A stretch of DNA of 64,000 bases, from positions 13,143,558 to 13,207,557 of the forward strand of contig NC_090399.1 in NCBI RefSeq assembly GCF_036365525.1. The letters are read 5' to 3'. Positions 24,301 to 37,489 of the stretch are shown in pieces. Both the position numbers and the translations under genes were made by a program. The stretch is from Heterodontus francisci. Its lineage: Eukaryota. The notes beneath the pieces were generated by a model. It was not told the origin of the DNA, did not search any database, and worked only from the letters and a program-made list of their open reading frames with translations. Each line of letters opens with the position of its first letter. Within the stretch, counting starts at the first letter, position 1.

Positions 24301-27300
24301 TAACTCCCACATACTTCCAGATGGTCAATTTGTTTATCATTAAGCATGCAACTAATCATCTTAACCACAACTAAAGTAGGTCAACACTGGTGACCCCAAC
24401 TGGAATAGCCATTATTTGTATGGGTGCTTTGCTTTGCTAGGCTTGCACTAGGTGTTAATATTCTCTCTTGGAGCTTTCTCTTAATGTAGAGATCAGGTGT
24501 TAGTTTTCATAACAAGTTGCTAAGGACAATCCAGGTTTAGTTCAATTTTAATATGCTTTTTAAATCAGATTGTTTCGAATTTGCAACTATTTAGTTTGAA
24601 AATGCAATGGATTTTGCTGCAAGTAGGAGCAAATCAGGTCCACATGTGTCACTACTCTGTTATAAGTTTAGTGACAACCTTTACAGGATGACGTAGAAAA
24701 AAGATCGATCTACAGGGCTACAAAGTACAAAGGAGCCTTGACAGAGGCATTGAACAAGCTTCTTATGTGAACTATCCATTATTATGTAGTGCTATTTCAT
24801 TAATGACAAGGCAAATCTTCTGGAGACATTTGGGAAACTGAGAAAGAAACTTGGGCTACATTCCCCAAAAGAGGCAATGGTCTTAAACAGTTAAGGACAT
24901 GTATAAATTAGATCTAAAAGGAGACTGGTGAACACAGAGGTACTGATGAAAGACATAGCAGAAAAGAAGGCCTTGGTAACGATTTTTGGGTTAGTCTTGA
25001 AAAAAAAACTCTCTTTGAACATTATCTATGTGGATTCACTCTGTCCTTTACTTTCTTGTCACTCTTTTACCATATTGATGCATTACCAAACTATATTATT
25101 CCTCATAATTGTGACATATTACTGTTTAGATTGCACGCACCTAAACCACTCAACACATCCTTTAGCATCAAAGTGGTCTTCAGGAAGTTTTCATCCATGA
25201 CTGATAAGCCTCTTGTAAGCAAACTGAACAAGGTGAATGTAGATCTGTAGCTACTATTACGACCAAGGCAGGAGTAATGCACTGTTAATTCAGTCCCACT
25301 ACTCCACAGGCCACAGCATATTAGTAAATGTCCCCACCTACCGGAAATTAGACAAACCTAAACACTTTATTTATCCTACAGAATACATCACACCAAACCA
25401 CATTCCTTTAAACAACAGCAAAATTAACTATTTATTAATAAACCAATTTTTAATGAAAATGAGATAAATACAAATGTATGAAAAGATTCTATAAATCCTT
25501 AGTCTTCCTAACCCTCATGAACATGCAGACGTTCAATTACCAATGGTTAATGGGGGAAAATAGATATATTGATTTTACAATGGCTCCTTAGGAATAATAA
25601 AATAACTGGGTTGTAGCTTCTGGTAGGATATTTCTGGATCAGTGAGGTGTCCCAGAGTCGAATAGTTAGATGCCACTCAAAGTCTCTCCAGGCAATTTTG
25701 ATAAACAGTCTGTAATGGATATTCAAAGGTATTCAAAGCAATTCCTCTGCAGTAGGCATCACACAGATCTTTCAGCATCAGATCTATTTCAATTTTAAAG
25801 TAGCAGTGTTACAGTAGAAACTTTCTTGAGATTTCAGGAATTACAAAAGGCCACAGGACTCACACTTGAGGCAGAGAATTTCCAGTGACTAGAGACAATA
25901 GGAATTTTGCTACCTTCAACAATGCAGGCTTCCTGTCAGCAAAGGAGCCTTTCTCCACAAAGAGCAGCAACTCCTCTTTCTCTGGGTCTTTTCCTTTCTC
26001 TTCAGGTAGACACAGCACCAAGAGTTTTAGCTCACATTCAATAGATTTGCAACTTCTTCAAAGGTCTATAAACCTCATGAATAAATTAGAATTTTACTTG
26101 ATACAGGAATTATTTTTCAGAAGAGTTTTCTGGGCTGTATTCCTGGCCAATCTCCAGCAGTAACTGAACAACCCAAAAGTGAAACTAAATTTTCAACAAC
26201 AACCTAGTCACAAGATAGTCTTAAAACTTTCTGGTTGCTTGGATACAAATTGTCTTGCAGCCTGCACTTCAAATACCACAACACGTCTCTGCAGTCACTG
26301 TTCACACCATTTCCTCAGTCATAAACACAAACAGACCTCTTAGTTTAAAAAAAAAACAACGAAACTCTTATGAGACTAAACATATGCAAAGAATCGAGTT
26401 GCTTGTCTCACAGTCAAGGTAAATAGAATCTGTTTCTATGATGTTTCGATATTGGAAGAATGTTTATTTAATGAGTATGCCTGATACACTTTAAACGTGA
26501 CTGTGAAATGGGAACAGGGGGAATAACAGCTTATGTAGGAGTTCCGTATTCTCCATGTTGCAGACTCCAAAGAAGCAAACAGGATAAATCTCCAAAGGTC
26601 AAAAAAGTCACTTCTGGTAGCTACTAGGCAAGGACATCTGAAACTAAATCAGACTAATGTCAGACTAGAGCTATATACACATATACGTAGAAATAAAGCT
26701 ACCGGAAGACTCCTGCTGTATTAAGACAGTAAGGCCTGTTATTGTTTTTCACCTGCCCTTCAAGTTAGATTTGAACTGCCAAAAACCAAATGGAGAGGGA
26801 AGAATAGCCGACAGGGAGGTTAGGTGTGCCTTGTTGTTGAAATATAGACCTGATATATCCATGCTGGAAACAAAATGCTCGATTAAATAAGTTTTAGTCT
26901 TTAATCCAATAACTCCTGACACTCCTTCCTCTGCTTCTGGGAGTGGATGGATTGAGGGGCATACAAACAGTGGCAAGAAAAGACCCCCTAGTCTATCCAG
27001 CCTGTCTCACTCAATTCTAATATCTTATGCATTACACAAAGCAAACTCCACCCCAACTGGAAGCTATATGGTCTCCTGGACGAGGCAAAAATGCAGATAA
27101 AAACCTAGGTCAATTTTTGAAAAAGAAATCTTCTCTCTGACGGTCTAAGGTGTCCGGGACATCGTTCTCCAATAGAACCCTAACCCTAAAGTCTACACAA
27201 CTCGAATTCATGAAACATTTTGCAGCATAACATATTGTAACCGCTCTAGACACCGTCTTTGAACCTAAACGTGAAAGATGCAAGACTAGGAAATGCAGAG

Positions 27301-28217
27301 ATGTTGCCCTTAAATGACACTCATAGTGACCATTTTAATCAATTGTCTTCACAGCCTCAGTATCAAAGACTAACCTATCCCAGGATATTTCTCAGTGCTA
27401 CGTCTTGAGATGAAAAGTCTCAGCTGATTTCTTTTATAAGGCTGGGCTTGATGTCAGTCGACCCATGTCTGGAGACAATTATATTTCCAGGCTTTGCTCG
27501 ATATTTGTGGGTTTCCTTGCCAACTTGATCACCGTGGCCACGTTACATAGGATTACATAAGATATACGACACAGTAACAGGCCATTCGGCCCAACCCGTC
27601 GCTGCCGGCGTTCATGCTCCTCTCGAGCCTCCTGCCATCTTTCCTCATCTAAATTCATCATCGTCACCCTCAATTCCCTTCTCTCTCATATGCATGTCTA
27701 CGTTCCCCTTATATACATCAATAAATAGCGTTATGTAGGTAAAGGTCTTTGCTGGTATTGTAAGTTACCAAGAGGACTGGCAATATCCTGGCTTCATTTG
27801 GTTTGTGCTGTTGCAGTTGGCATCTAAAAATTTTAAAATGGTACCAATGGTTTCAGCGTGATACCATTTGAACGATATGGTCACAGACTTGACCCATATC
27901 AATGGAGAGAAAAGTGAAGCTGGCCAGGGGATCTGACTGAGATTTGCATATTCTAGTCTAGTTTGGTGTGGACAAAAATACCCAGTTAACTATCAAAGGC
28001 TTCATTATGTTATTTGCAAAATAAACCTTTAGAGCAGGGATCAAGGACGTCCACCATAATGAGCACTTCAATGCATTTGGAAGTGCTTTAGACCCAGTGA
28101 TCATGCTGCCTATTTGATTGATGATCATTTTTTTTTTGGATGAGGGAGAGGCGAAACTTTCCCTCCACGAATTGTAACTATGCAAATTTACCAATAGTGA
28201 GAGTGATTATATCTGGC

Positions 28218-28300
28218 GGTGAAATTTGATTTCGGCAGGGGCGCAAAACGGGCGGCCCGCTACCACCTGTTTTACGCCCCGGCGGAAGTTGAATTTCACC
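28218..28300. repeat. Short palindromic (hairpin) MITE-like element; a half copy lies at ~31220..31252
   Basis: GGTGAAATTTGATTTCGGCAGGGGCGCAAAAC ... GTTTTACGCCCCGGCGGAAGTTGAATTTCACC inverted arms. Confidence 0.6.
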
Positions 28301-29500
28301 CGGTCTCTAATGGTGCTAGTGAAGTAGTGAGGCATGCACAAGATCATCAGATGTGCTGTTACTGGACTGGTGAGACCTAATGCTCGAGGGCAGGTTAGGC
28401 TTTTGCAAGGTGGGGGGGAGGAGGGATGAATATTGATGACTGCAACACGGCAGCGTCACACACAAACCATCTTAAGTCACTAACCATGTGTTTTTGCTGG
28501 GTGTAATGATGTGGCAGTGGACAGATGCAGAGCATGGATAAAATATAGGACCATTTGACTGGTCTCCAATTTGAATCACCTTTCTCTTATTTATTCCTCA
28601 CATCAATCATGAAATTTGACCTTATATTTGGGAGGCTGACTCCAGGTGGTCTTTCACACGGATAGCCTTTTATTTGAGGTTTAGTCATCCTTAGTTTATA
28701 ACCGGTTCCTGCCACCTAATGGAGACATGACAAGGCCAAGAGACCGAAAAAAATGAAAGGGCAGATGCTGACATGTTCTCGCCCGACAGTTCCCTGTCCA
28801 ATGTTCACATGATAGCTGTTACTGTCTCAGTGTAGGTTAAACTTACGGCAAAATTGGCCTTTTCTCAGCTTAAGGGTGGCTGTTTCCACTTATGATCTTC
28901 GAATTAGATTTTTGTTTTGATTTAATTGATCTACTGTACAGAAGCACAATCCAAAATCCATGGAGCTATCTAATTTATATGGATTTCCTACTCCTGATTC
29001 TGGCGAATGACATCAGCATGTCAGCAAATCACTATAATTACGAAGTCTATAAGATATTAAGTTTTAAAGCAGGGTGAATGAGGGAAAGGGTTATTTTTTT
29101 AAGCCGTCAGGAAACTGCAGCGCTCAAAGCATGGGAGGAAAAAAAAACTTGGGAATGACTTAGAAACTTTATCTAATGCGACGGGACACTAGACCTGTCC
29201 TGGGTGAATGAACCAAATAAAATCAGATGATTTATCATCAGTCCTGCCGAATAGTCACTAGGAGAAAAAAAAACCCAGTTCAATGCAGCCTTTTTTCTCA
29301 GGTTAGAAGCTAAATAATTGGACTTGTATTTGGTTAATTTACGTGACCATGGGGGTTTTGATGAAAGGGTCGGTGAATGCAGGACGAGAAAGGAAACCTA
29401 ATAAATAACTGGCCAAAAAGGGGCTGCACTAGGCTCACTTGTTTCCACGTGTGATTTAAAGGACCAACAGACGAGCTCATAAAATGCCTTAATTTCCCCT

Positions 29501-29506
29501 TTTATT
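29501..29506 (-). terminator. Putative polyadenylation signal of the second H1-like gene
   Basis: AATAAA on the minus strand about 100 nt after the stop; no histone stem-loop in between. Confidence 0.6.
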
Positions 29507-29608
29507 AAAATCAAAAAACTTTCTTTTAACACGTGTCTGGTACATTATTTTTTTAAGATTTCTCGTGTAAGCATAATGTGTGACTTGTTCCAGCCTCCTG
29601 AGTACGAA

Positions 29609-30304
29609 TCAATGGCTCAGGGACGAGCCGTTCCTCCGCTCGGCTGAGTGTCTGGGTGATGGGTCGGGGGTTTTGGTGGAGTCAGTCGTGGTTGTGGTGC
29701 GTGTCGGCCGCTTGGTCACCTTCCTAAACCTGGCGTCCTTTCGGAAGGCAGCGGGGCTTCTCCCCCGCCTGCCCGTCGTCCTCCTGAACCTTTTGGCCTG
29801 CTTGGGGCGCACCAGGGCTTTCCTGGCCGGCCTCCTGACCAACAGCCTCCTGCGCCGGTTCCTCCTGGCCCCCGAGAAAGAGGCCGCCGCCACCTTCCCC
29901 TCGGTGGCCGCCTTCTCCGGCTTGTTGTTGCCGCCCGGCCTGACCGAGCCCGAAGCGCCGCTGCCGGCCGTCTGCAGCAGCGAGCCCCGGTGCGCCAGGT
30001 TCTTGACCGTGCGGCCGAGCCGCGACGTGTTGCGCTCCGGGCTGTAGCCGCTGGCCGACAGCAGCTTCTTCATGGTGGTCACCGACAGGCCGCGCCGCTC
30101 CTTGGTGGCCGCCACCGCCTTCATGATCTGCTCGGCCACCGTGCAGCCGAACTTCTTGTGGCGGTAGGGCCGCCGCTTCTTCTTCACCGCCACCGCGATG
30201 TCCAGCACCTCGGCCTCATCGGGCGGGGGCGGGGGCGGGGCCGGCGGCGGCGACGAGGCCACCGGAGCGGGTCGGTCCATCCCCGCCGGCTCGTGGTCCA
30301 CCAT
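29609..30304 (-). CDS. Arg-rich H1-like / protamine-like protein, 231 aa, no stem-loop
   Basis: TVAEQIMKAVAATKERRGLSVTTMKKLLSASGY...LAHRGSLLQTAGSGASGSV winged helix; RRNRRRR tail; first ATG at 30304; TTTAAA box at ~30399..30405; CpG-rich. Confidence 0.85.
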   Translation of the reverse strand: MVDHEPAGMDRPAPVASSPPPAPPPPPPDEAEVLDIAVAVKKKRRPYRHKKFGCTVAEQIMKAVAATKERRGLSVTTMKKLLSASGYSPERNTSRLGRTVKNLAHRGSLLQTAGSGASGSVRPGGNNKPEKAATEGKVAAASFSGARRNRRRRLLVRRPARKALVRPKQAKRFRRTTGRRGRSPAAFRKDARFRKVTKRPTRTTTTTDSTKTPDPSPRHSAERRNGSSLSH

Positions 30305-30989
30305 GCGGTTAGGCAGTCGCTCAGTCAATCGCTCCGCACCTCTCCTCCCGCCGGCAGCCAGGGCTGCAATGTGGAGGGCGGCCGCCGGCTCGGCGCTACT
30401 TAAAGCCGCGGTGCGGACGCGGGAGACGCAACCCGCCCGCCGGCCCGCCCGCCTTGTGCTTTCTCCCCGCCGCCAAGAGGGCGCCGCGCGCGCAAGATCG
30501 GGCGCCGGCGCCGCCGCCGCCCGCCCCCACCCCCGCCGCGCTGCCACCCGCCGCCCGGGCAGCGCCTGGCGGCTGCCAGCAGGCGGCGGGTTCCGCCCGG
30601 ACGGCGAAACCCGCCCGGGAAGCCGGCCCGCCCCCGCCTTTTTTGCGCTTCCCCGGTCAGAATGCGGCGCCGACCCGCTGCTTTCGCCCCTGTTCCGCCG
30701 GGAGGTTGCAGGAGCCGGGTCGCCCTTGCTATTGCAGATGGACCCGTTGTTCCAGCGCGTTGTGGGACGTGGGAGGTTCCTGTTAAGTCTGGTCTCAGTA
30801 GCACAGGTAGGTTCCTTACATCAGGAGGGATTTTAACGGCGGGCTTTTGCCGCAAGGGAGTCGATTTTGCGGTTTACGGTTTAGCATCAGCCCCGGGTAA
30901 TTCATCTCATTTGGGTTGCTTTGCACATCAGCAACGCAGAGTCTGGACTATTCAACTACCCTTTCCTTTACCCAGCCTCAAGAAGTTAG

Positions 30990-31190
30990 TAAAAGCAAAA
31001 TACTGCGGGATGCTGGAAATCTGAAATAAAAACAAGAAAGTGCTGGAAATACTCAGCAGGTCTGGCAGCATCTGCGGAGAGAGAAACAGTTAATATTTCA
31101 GATCAGAACTGAGGGTCACTGACCTGAAACATTAACTCTCCTCTCCACAGATGCTGCCAGACCTGCTGAGTATTTCCAGCATTTCTTGTT
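30990..31190. repeat. Head-to-head inverted pair of Penelope-derived terminal repeats
   Basis: TGCTGGAAATACTCAGCAGGTCTGGCAGCATCTG followed by its reverse complement, with a partial hammerhead at the centre. Confidence 0.75.
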
Positions 31191-31287
31191 AATAAATTAG
31201 TGTTAACTTCAAGAATTATTGTGAAATTCAACTTCGGCGGGGCACAAAACGGCCGATTTTACTTTCCAATGACCCTTACATGACCTG

Positions 31288-31467
31288 CCAGACTTGCAGG
31301 TTGATAGGTAAATTGGCCATTGTAAATTGCCCCGAGTATAGGCAGGTGGTAGGAGAATGGTGGGGAATGTGGGATTACTGTAGGATTAGTATAAATGGGT
31401 GGTTGATGGTCGGCACAGACTCGGTGGGCCGAAGGGCCTGTTTCAGTGCTGTACCTCTCTATGACTC
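31288..31467 (+). mobile_element. HE1-like SINE 3' half
   Basis: AGACTTGCAGGTTGATAGGTAAATTGGCC...GGGCCGAAGGGCCTGTTTCAGTGCTG. Confidence 0.8.
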
Positions 31468-31798
31468 TTAACTTTTCATCAGGATGTTCAGCTTCTTCTC
31501 CTGCGCCCTTAGACAGAAGCTACCTGTATCTAACCATGAATCCTTTTACCTAGTCTCCAACCACTATCTCTCGGTTGTATATTTTTCTTGTCTGTATTCT
31601 ATTGTGGTGTAACAGTCAATGCTTCTCTCAACTTCTCGATTCTCCTCAGCTTCGCATACACCAATCTGCAGTTGAATCTTAGTATTTAAAGTGACCTCTC
31701 TCTCACCTCCTGGCAGCTGCATTCTCTGACGGATTTGTGTAGCACTTCCATTGCTGCCTGGGCTCTACCGAAACAGCGTGGCGAGGGGCACTGCTAGT

Positions 31799-32168
31799 TA
31801 AAGGCATGCTCAGGTCTGCAAATAAAACCCCCCCGACTCTATAAAACCACATCCGACCCAAGCCCGACCCGGCCCGAGTCCTTCCATTCTTACCCCCGCC
31901 TGACCCGACCCGATCCAACCATCAGGTAACTTACCGTCCGTTTTTCACTCTGTTGCTGATCTGCACAAGCTTAAAATAGCTGGTGCAAAACCACCTCTCT
32001 CGTCAAACAATTACATTAACAGGGGAGCCACTTACCTGTGATGGAGCGTGTCCGACCTGGCCCGACCCGACCCGACCCCGAATGTCGGACCTGGAAGTGC
32101 AACACCCGACCCGAACCCGACACATGTCGTCGGGTCCCATTGGGTTCAGGTCGGGTAGCAGGCCTTTA
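31799..32168. mobile_element. hAT-type non-autonomous DNA transposon (MITE)
   Basis: TIR TAAAGGCATGCT / AGCAGGCCTTTA (11/12); 8-bp TSD-like CTGCTAGT / CCGTTAGT; internal CCCGA repeats. Confidence 0.7.
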
Positions 32169-32169
32169 C

Positions 32170-32760
32170 CGTTAGTTCTGCAGCACAATTCTTCAGGGAT
32201 GTTGTCAGGGTCCATAGCCCTAGCTGCGTCCAGTGCTTTCAACTGTTTCTTGATATCATGTGGAGTGAATCGAATTGGCTAAAGACTGGCATCTGTGATG
32301 CTGGCGACTTCAGGAGGCCGAGATGGATCATCGACTTGGCACTTCTGGCTGAAGATTGTTGCAAATGCTTCAACCTTGTTTTGCACTGACGTGCTGGGCT
32401 CCCCTCACCCCCCCCCCCCCCCGCCCCCCCACCTCCCCTCAGTCATTGATGAGAATGTTTGTGGGGATTCCTCCAGTTAGTTATTTGTGCATCAGATGTG
32501 GTAGCTTTGATGTAATGCATTGCTTGTGGGATCACTTAGCTCTTATTATACGCTGCTTCTGCAGTTTAACATGCAAGTAGTCATGTTGCAGCTTCATTAG
32601 GTTGCCACCTCATTTTTAGATATGCCTGATGCTGCTCCGAGCATGATGGAAATGGTAGTGAGGAATATGCTGGGCCATGTGTTTAGATTGCGGTGGAATG
32701 CAATTTTGCTAGCTATTCTAATCCCACCCGGAGTGAAGATGATTCTTGGCCACATGGATT
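32170..32760 (-). mobile_element. Old fragment of the second LINE family (CR1/L2-group)
   Basis: MKALDAARAMDPDNIP; homologous to 57900..58450. Confidence 0.6.
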
Positions 32761-32851
32761 CAACTTAGTAATTGGATTTATATTACATTGGGGTTTCCCG
32801 TTATCAAGCGATCTCGAATCCGTAAGGCATGCATCTTTTCTAACAATTGAT

Positions 32852-32867
32852 GGCTCTTAAAAGAGCC
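32852..32867 (-). terminator. Histone 3' stem-loop of H4
   Basis: GGCTCTTTTAAGAGCC; GAAAAGATG downstream element. Confidence 0.95.
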
Positions 32868-32889
32868 TTTCCGCTGTGGTCATCAGTTT

Positions 32890-33294
<405 letters not shown>

Positions 33295-33389
33295 TCAAAT
33301 GACATCGCGCGATAATTGGCCTTCTCTCCGTCAAAACGTTACACTCAATGTTTCAAACATGCAGAATAAACATAGTTTAAACTAGTCTT

Positions 33390-34015
33390 CAGTACCTTGC
33401 TCTATGGCAGCGAGGCCTGGACAACGTACGTCAGCCAAGAGCGACGTCTCAATTCATTCCATCTTCGCTGCCTCCGGAGATCAGGTGGCAGGACCGTATC
33501 CCCAACACAGAAGTCTTCGAGGCGGCCAGCATCCCCAGCTTATACACACTACTGAGTCAGCGGCGCTTGAGATGGCTTGGCCATGTGAGCCGCATGGAAG
33601 ATGGCAGGATCCCCAAAGATACATTGTACAGCGAGCTCGCCACTGGTATCAGACCCACCGGCCGTCCATGTCTCCGCTTTAAAGACGTCTGCAAACGCGA
33701 CATGAAGTCCTGTGACATTGATCACAAGTCGTGGGAGTCAGTTGCCAGCGTTCGCCAGAGCTGGCGGGCAGCCATAAAGGCGGGGCTAAACTGTGGCGAG
33801 TCGAAGAGACTTAGCAGTTGGCAGGAAAAAAGACAAGCGCAAGGAGAGAGCCAACTGTGTAACAGCCTCGACAAACAAATTTCTCTGCAGCACCTGTGGA
33901 AGAGCCTGTCACTATAGAATTGGCCTTTATAGCCACTCCAGGCGCCGCTCCACACACCACTGACCAACTCCAGGCGCTTACCCATTTCTCTCGAGACAAG
34001 GAGGCCAAAGAAGAA
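33390..34015 (+). mobile_element. RTE-clade LINE 3' fragment
   Basis: RWLGHVSRMEDGRIPKDTLYSEL; same family as 44869..46044. Confidence 0.9.
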
Positions 34016-35260
34016 ACAAAGAATAATCTGTTGATCTATAGTAGACTTAAAAAATCCGCGATGACACGAGAGTAATATGCATAACTTTTATGGAAAACAC
34101 ATTTATTCTGACATACTAACAACACAATAAATGCATATTTTAAAGCGAATCTCAGACTCATATTCGCATCTTGAGGTTCAAATTCAAAAGTAAATGCCAG
34201 AGGAGTATCACCAAAAAAAGTAGCACAAAACACCACAAATTATCTTTCGTTTTCCTCGCTCTCCAAGAATAATAATTTCCTTCTCCCTTCCAGCAACTAC
34301 CCTTTTTCCCTTACATGTACTGTACTTTCTAAAGGAAGAAACTTAACTCTCAAGATATCAGTTGAAGTGAAAATAACTGGGCAACTCTATTATTGCCAAT
34401 GTAATTTTTAGCATGGCATCTTTACTTGCCTTATTGCACAGCTCTAGAACTCTTTTTTTCAGTTTATTGTTGGCCGCACCATCCTGGTTTTCATGAAAAT
34501 CACACATTTCAAAAGCTAAAGCTGCTTTCAAGTAGCGTGGCTTCCTCCTTTGAAAATTTGGACAGTTTTACCAATTGACCTCTCAACTCCATCAGGATCA
34601 ATTCCATCCAGAACTTGAATAGAACTTCCAACTCCAGAGAGGTCTTCAATCACTGTCATTGTGATCCTGAAGTGGATATAAGGAAAACAAAAGTTTGACA
34701 TTATTTAGGCATGCATTCTTACATCTTTAACACCATATCTCAATATAACGTTTTGGGCTTTCTCTGTTTTGTTTAAACTATTGTGGCAGATTGTCCCTCT
34801 GATTTTCCCTGCCTTGTTCCTCCTGACGGCCAAATACAGCATTTCTCCTGCATCCTCAGCGATTGACTCAAAATTCGCTGCACTGCCTCCCAGTCTCTAA
34901 TTCTTATCAAGGACCTGGATTTGGTTGAATTTCGTGTTCTGTGGCCTTTCTTTCCTCCTCTACAGGCGCTTAAAACCGTATGTTACATAACCACTATTCT
35001 TGTATCAACACTTCCCTTCAACCGTGGGGCTCTAGCCCTTGGTGACCTAGATGACACATAAAGGGAACACCCAAAAACATTTCGACGTGGATTGCAGGTC
35101 GGTTAGAAACATCGAGAAACTGGCAAGAAAGTTTTAAATATGTGTAATTGTATGTTTTAAAAGATAAAGATGCTTGATTTGACATGCACATCGCTGTGAA
35201 ACAAAAGAAAAATATAAGAATAAATGCTACCATTTCATTATTGACATCTGCAATTTAGGA

Positions 35261-35406
35261 ATTAAGGTTAGGATCAATGGTTAGAGCTTAGTGGTTAAGG
35301 TTAGGAATTGAGACTAGGGTGTTAGGTTTAGGAGTTAGTGGTTGGGGTTTTAAGCGTTAGGATTATTGGTTAAGGGTTAGCGGTCAGGATTAAGTTTAGA
35401 TTTAGA
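35261..35406 (+). repeat. Degenerate (TTAGGG)-like simple repeat
   Basis: Recurrent GGTTAG/TTAGG/TTAAGG units. Confidence 0.6.
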
Positions 35407-35674
35407 AATGGCTCTTAACAATGCTGTTGTCACTAGACGCCTCCACCAAGTAAACCAGAATGTGGACACACTTACACTAACTATTACGTTATCAGGCAAC
35501 TGAGAATGGAGCTTAAACTATATTAGTCCATATAACTTAATTTAATGCATCCAAACTGTTTTTGTACCATGTTTATTTGGTTGAGAATGAAAGTGCTAAG
35601 TGTCTGACCTAAAAGTTGATGTTCAGTTTCTCTTTGTTGCTACGAAATTCTCATTGTCATGGAAAAATTATAGT

Positions 35675-36200
35675 CAGAGGGACCTTGGTGTACTTGTCCA
35701 TAGATCACTGAAGGCAGCAGCACGGGTAGATAAGGTGGTTAGGAAGGCATAGGGGATACTTGCCTTTATTAGCCGAGGCATAGAATATAAGAGCAGGGAG
35801 GTTATGACGGAGCTGTATAAAACGCTAGTTCGGCCACAGCTGGAGTACTACGTACAGTTCTGGTTGCTACACTATAGGAAAGATGTGATTGCACTGGAGA
35901 GAGGGTGCAGGGGAGATTCACCAGGAAGTTGCCTGGGCTGGAGCATTTCAGTTTTGAAGAAAGGCTGAAAAGGCTGGGGTTGTTTTCCTTAGAGCAAAGA
36001 AGGCTGAGGGGGGACATGATTGAGGTATACAAAATTATGAGGGGCACATATAGGGTGGATAGGAAGAAACTTTTTCCCTTCGTGGAGGTGTCAATAACCA
36101 GGGGTCATAGATTTAAGGTAAGGGGCAGGAGGTTTAGGGGGGATTTGAGGACAAAACATTTTCACCCAGAGAGTGGTTGAAATCTGGAATGCACTGCCTG
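35675..36200 (+). mobile_element. CR1 LINE 3' fragment
   Basis: RLGLFSLEQRRLRGDMIEVYKI. Confidence 0.9.
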
Positions 36201-36710
36201 GAGTGGGTTCATCAGCAAAACTTCCCGGTAAAAATCTGGGTCCTTCAGCAGATTAGCTCTAAACATCCCAGTGAAAAGGTTTCCCAGACCAGCCCTGCAG
36301 GATCTGCGAGATTTGCAACATCCCAGAATTTAGGGACTGAGGGGCAATTTTAGGTGTGAGGACATTGCAGCTGAAATCGCACTGAGAGCACTGCTACGCC
36401 CGCTGCTTTATTTTTTTTATAAATATAACTTCAGCACAAGTGACACAATGAACCGTTTGGGAAAGGTGGACTGCAATGCTGGCATCGAGTTAGTATTTTC
36501 AGAAAAGGAAACGATGCCAATGCCGACGGAAAACACGGTGCAACGGCAAGAAAGGCGCCTGACAATGAAGTAAAATGCGTTGAGGAGAATTTAAACAAAA
36601 AAAAATGCTTCCTTGTATTGTTTGTTCCTGGGTGTTGAAATATGCTGGCCTATTAATGTGAGTCAAATATTATCATTGTGCAGCTGCCTGGTTTTGCCTC
36701 TGCAGACGTG

Positions 36711-36876
36711 CATTGACGCCATTGGTTAAATCAATGCTGCCTTCTGATTGGCTATCGCTGAACAGTTTTGGGGACATTTTCAATCCGCTTATGCAAATGA
36801 AGTTTCCCGATTACGTCACAAACGGTTTGCCGTTGGCCGTTGGGATTATTTGAATTTTCAAAACTGCGCACGCGCA
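36711..36876. promoter_or_regulatory. Orphan promoter-like motif cluster
   Basis: ATTGG 36721 and 36747; octamer ATGCAAAT 36791..36798; CRE-like TTACGTCA 36811; CHR-like TTTGAA 36849; NRF1-like TGCGCACGCGCA 36865..36876. Confidence 0.55.
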
Positions 36877-36946
36877 TGAGTTGAACTGCCCAAAGAAGTT
36901 GTCAAAAAACTGAAATATGTTCAAAACATTTCTCCAAACTTGTTCA

Positions 36947-37257
36947 TTATTTTATTTATTTAGAGATACAGCACTGAAACAGGCCCTTCGTCCCACCGAG
37001 TCTGTGCCGACCAACAACCACCCATTTATACTAACCCTGCAGTAATCCCATATTTCCTACCACCTACCTACACTAGGGGCAATTTATAATGGCCAATTTA
37101 CCTATCACCTGCAAGTCTTTGGCAGTGGGAGGAAACCGGTCACCCGGCGAAAACCCACACGGTCACAGGGAGAACTTGCAAACTCCGCACACGCAGTACC
37201 CAGAACTGAACCCGGGTCGCTGGAGCTGTGAGGCTGCGGTGCTAACCACTGCGCCGT
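36947..37257 (-). mobile_element. HE1-like V-SINE
   Basis: Homologous to 15204..15543. Confidence 0.85.
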
Positions 37258-37489
37258 CACTGCTAAGGATCAAATTGCCAGCAATACACCTTTATTATTA
37301 TTGAACTTCAGGAGGGATTTTCTCCTCCCCCGTGATCTATATTTAGTCTAAGCCCTTTGCCCCATATTCTGACTTTGAAACACTTTGAAGTGGCATTCAG
37401 AGCACACCAGGAAGTTACTGATCCTTCTCTTTCTCCAATGCCTTCAAGTGTATGGTCGCTACGCAACTCCATGGCTATTTCCTACTTCA

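Noticed and set aside
25250-26350. Possible solo LTR-like repeat
   Set aside because: No clear TG...CA termini or TSD could be verified by eye
17846-30855. Antisense and alternate-frame ORFs over the histone genes (e.g. 17904..18542, 19344..20294, 30198..30836)
   Set aside because: Shadows of GC-rich coding sequence with no recognisable domains
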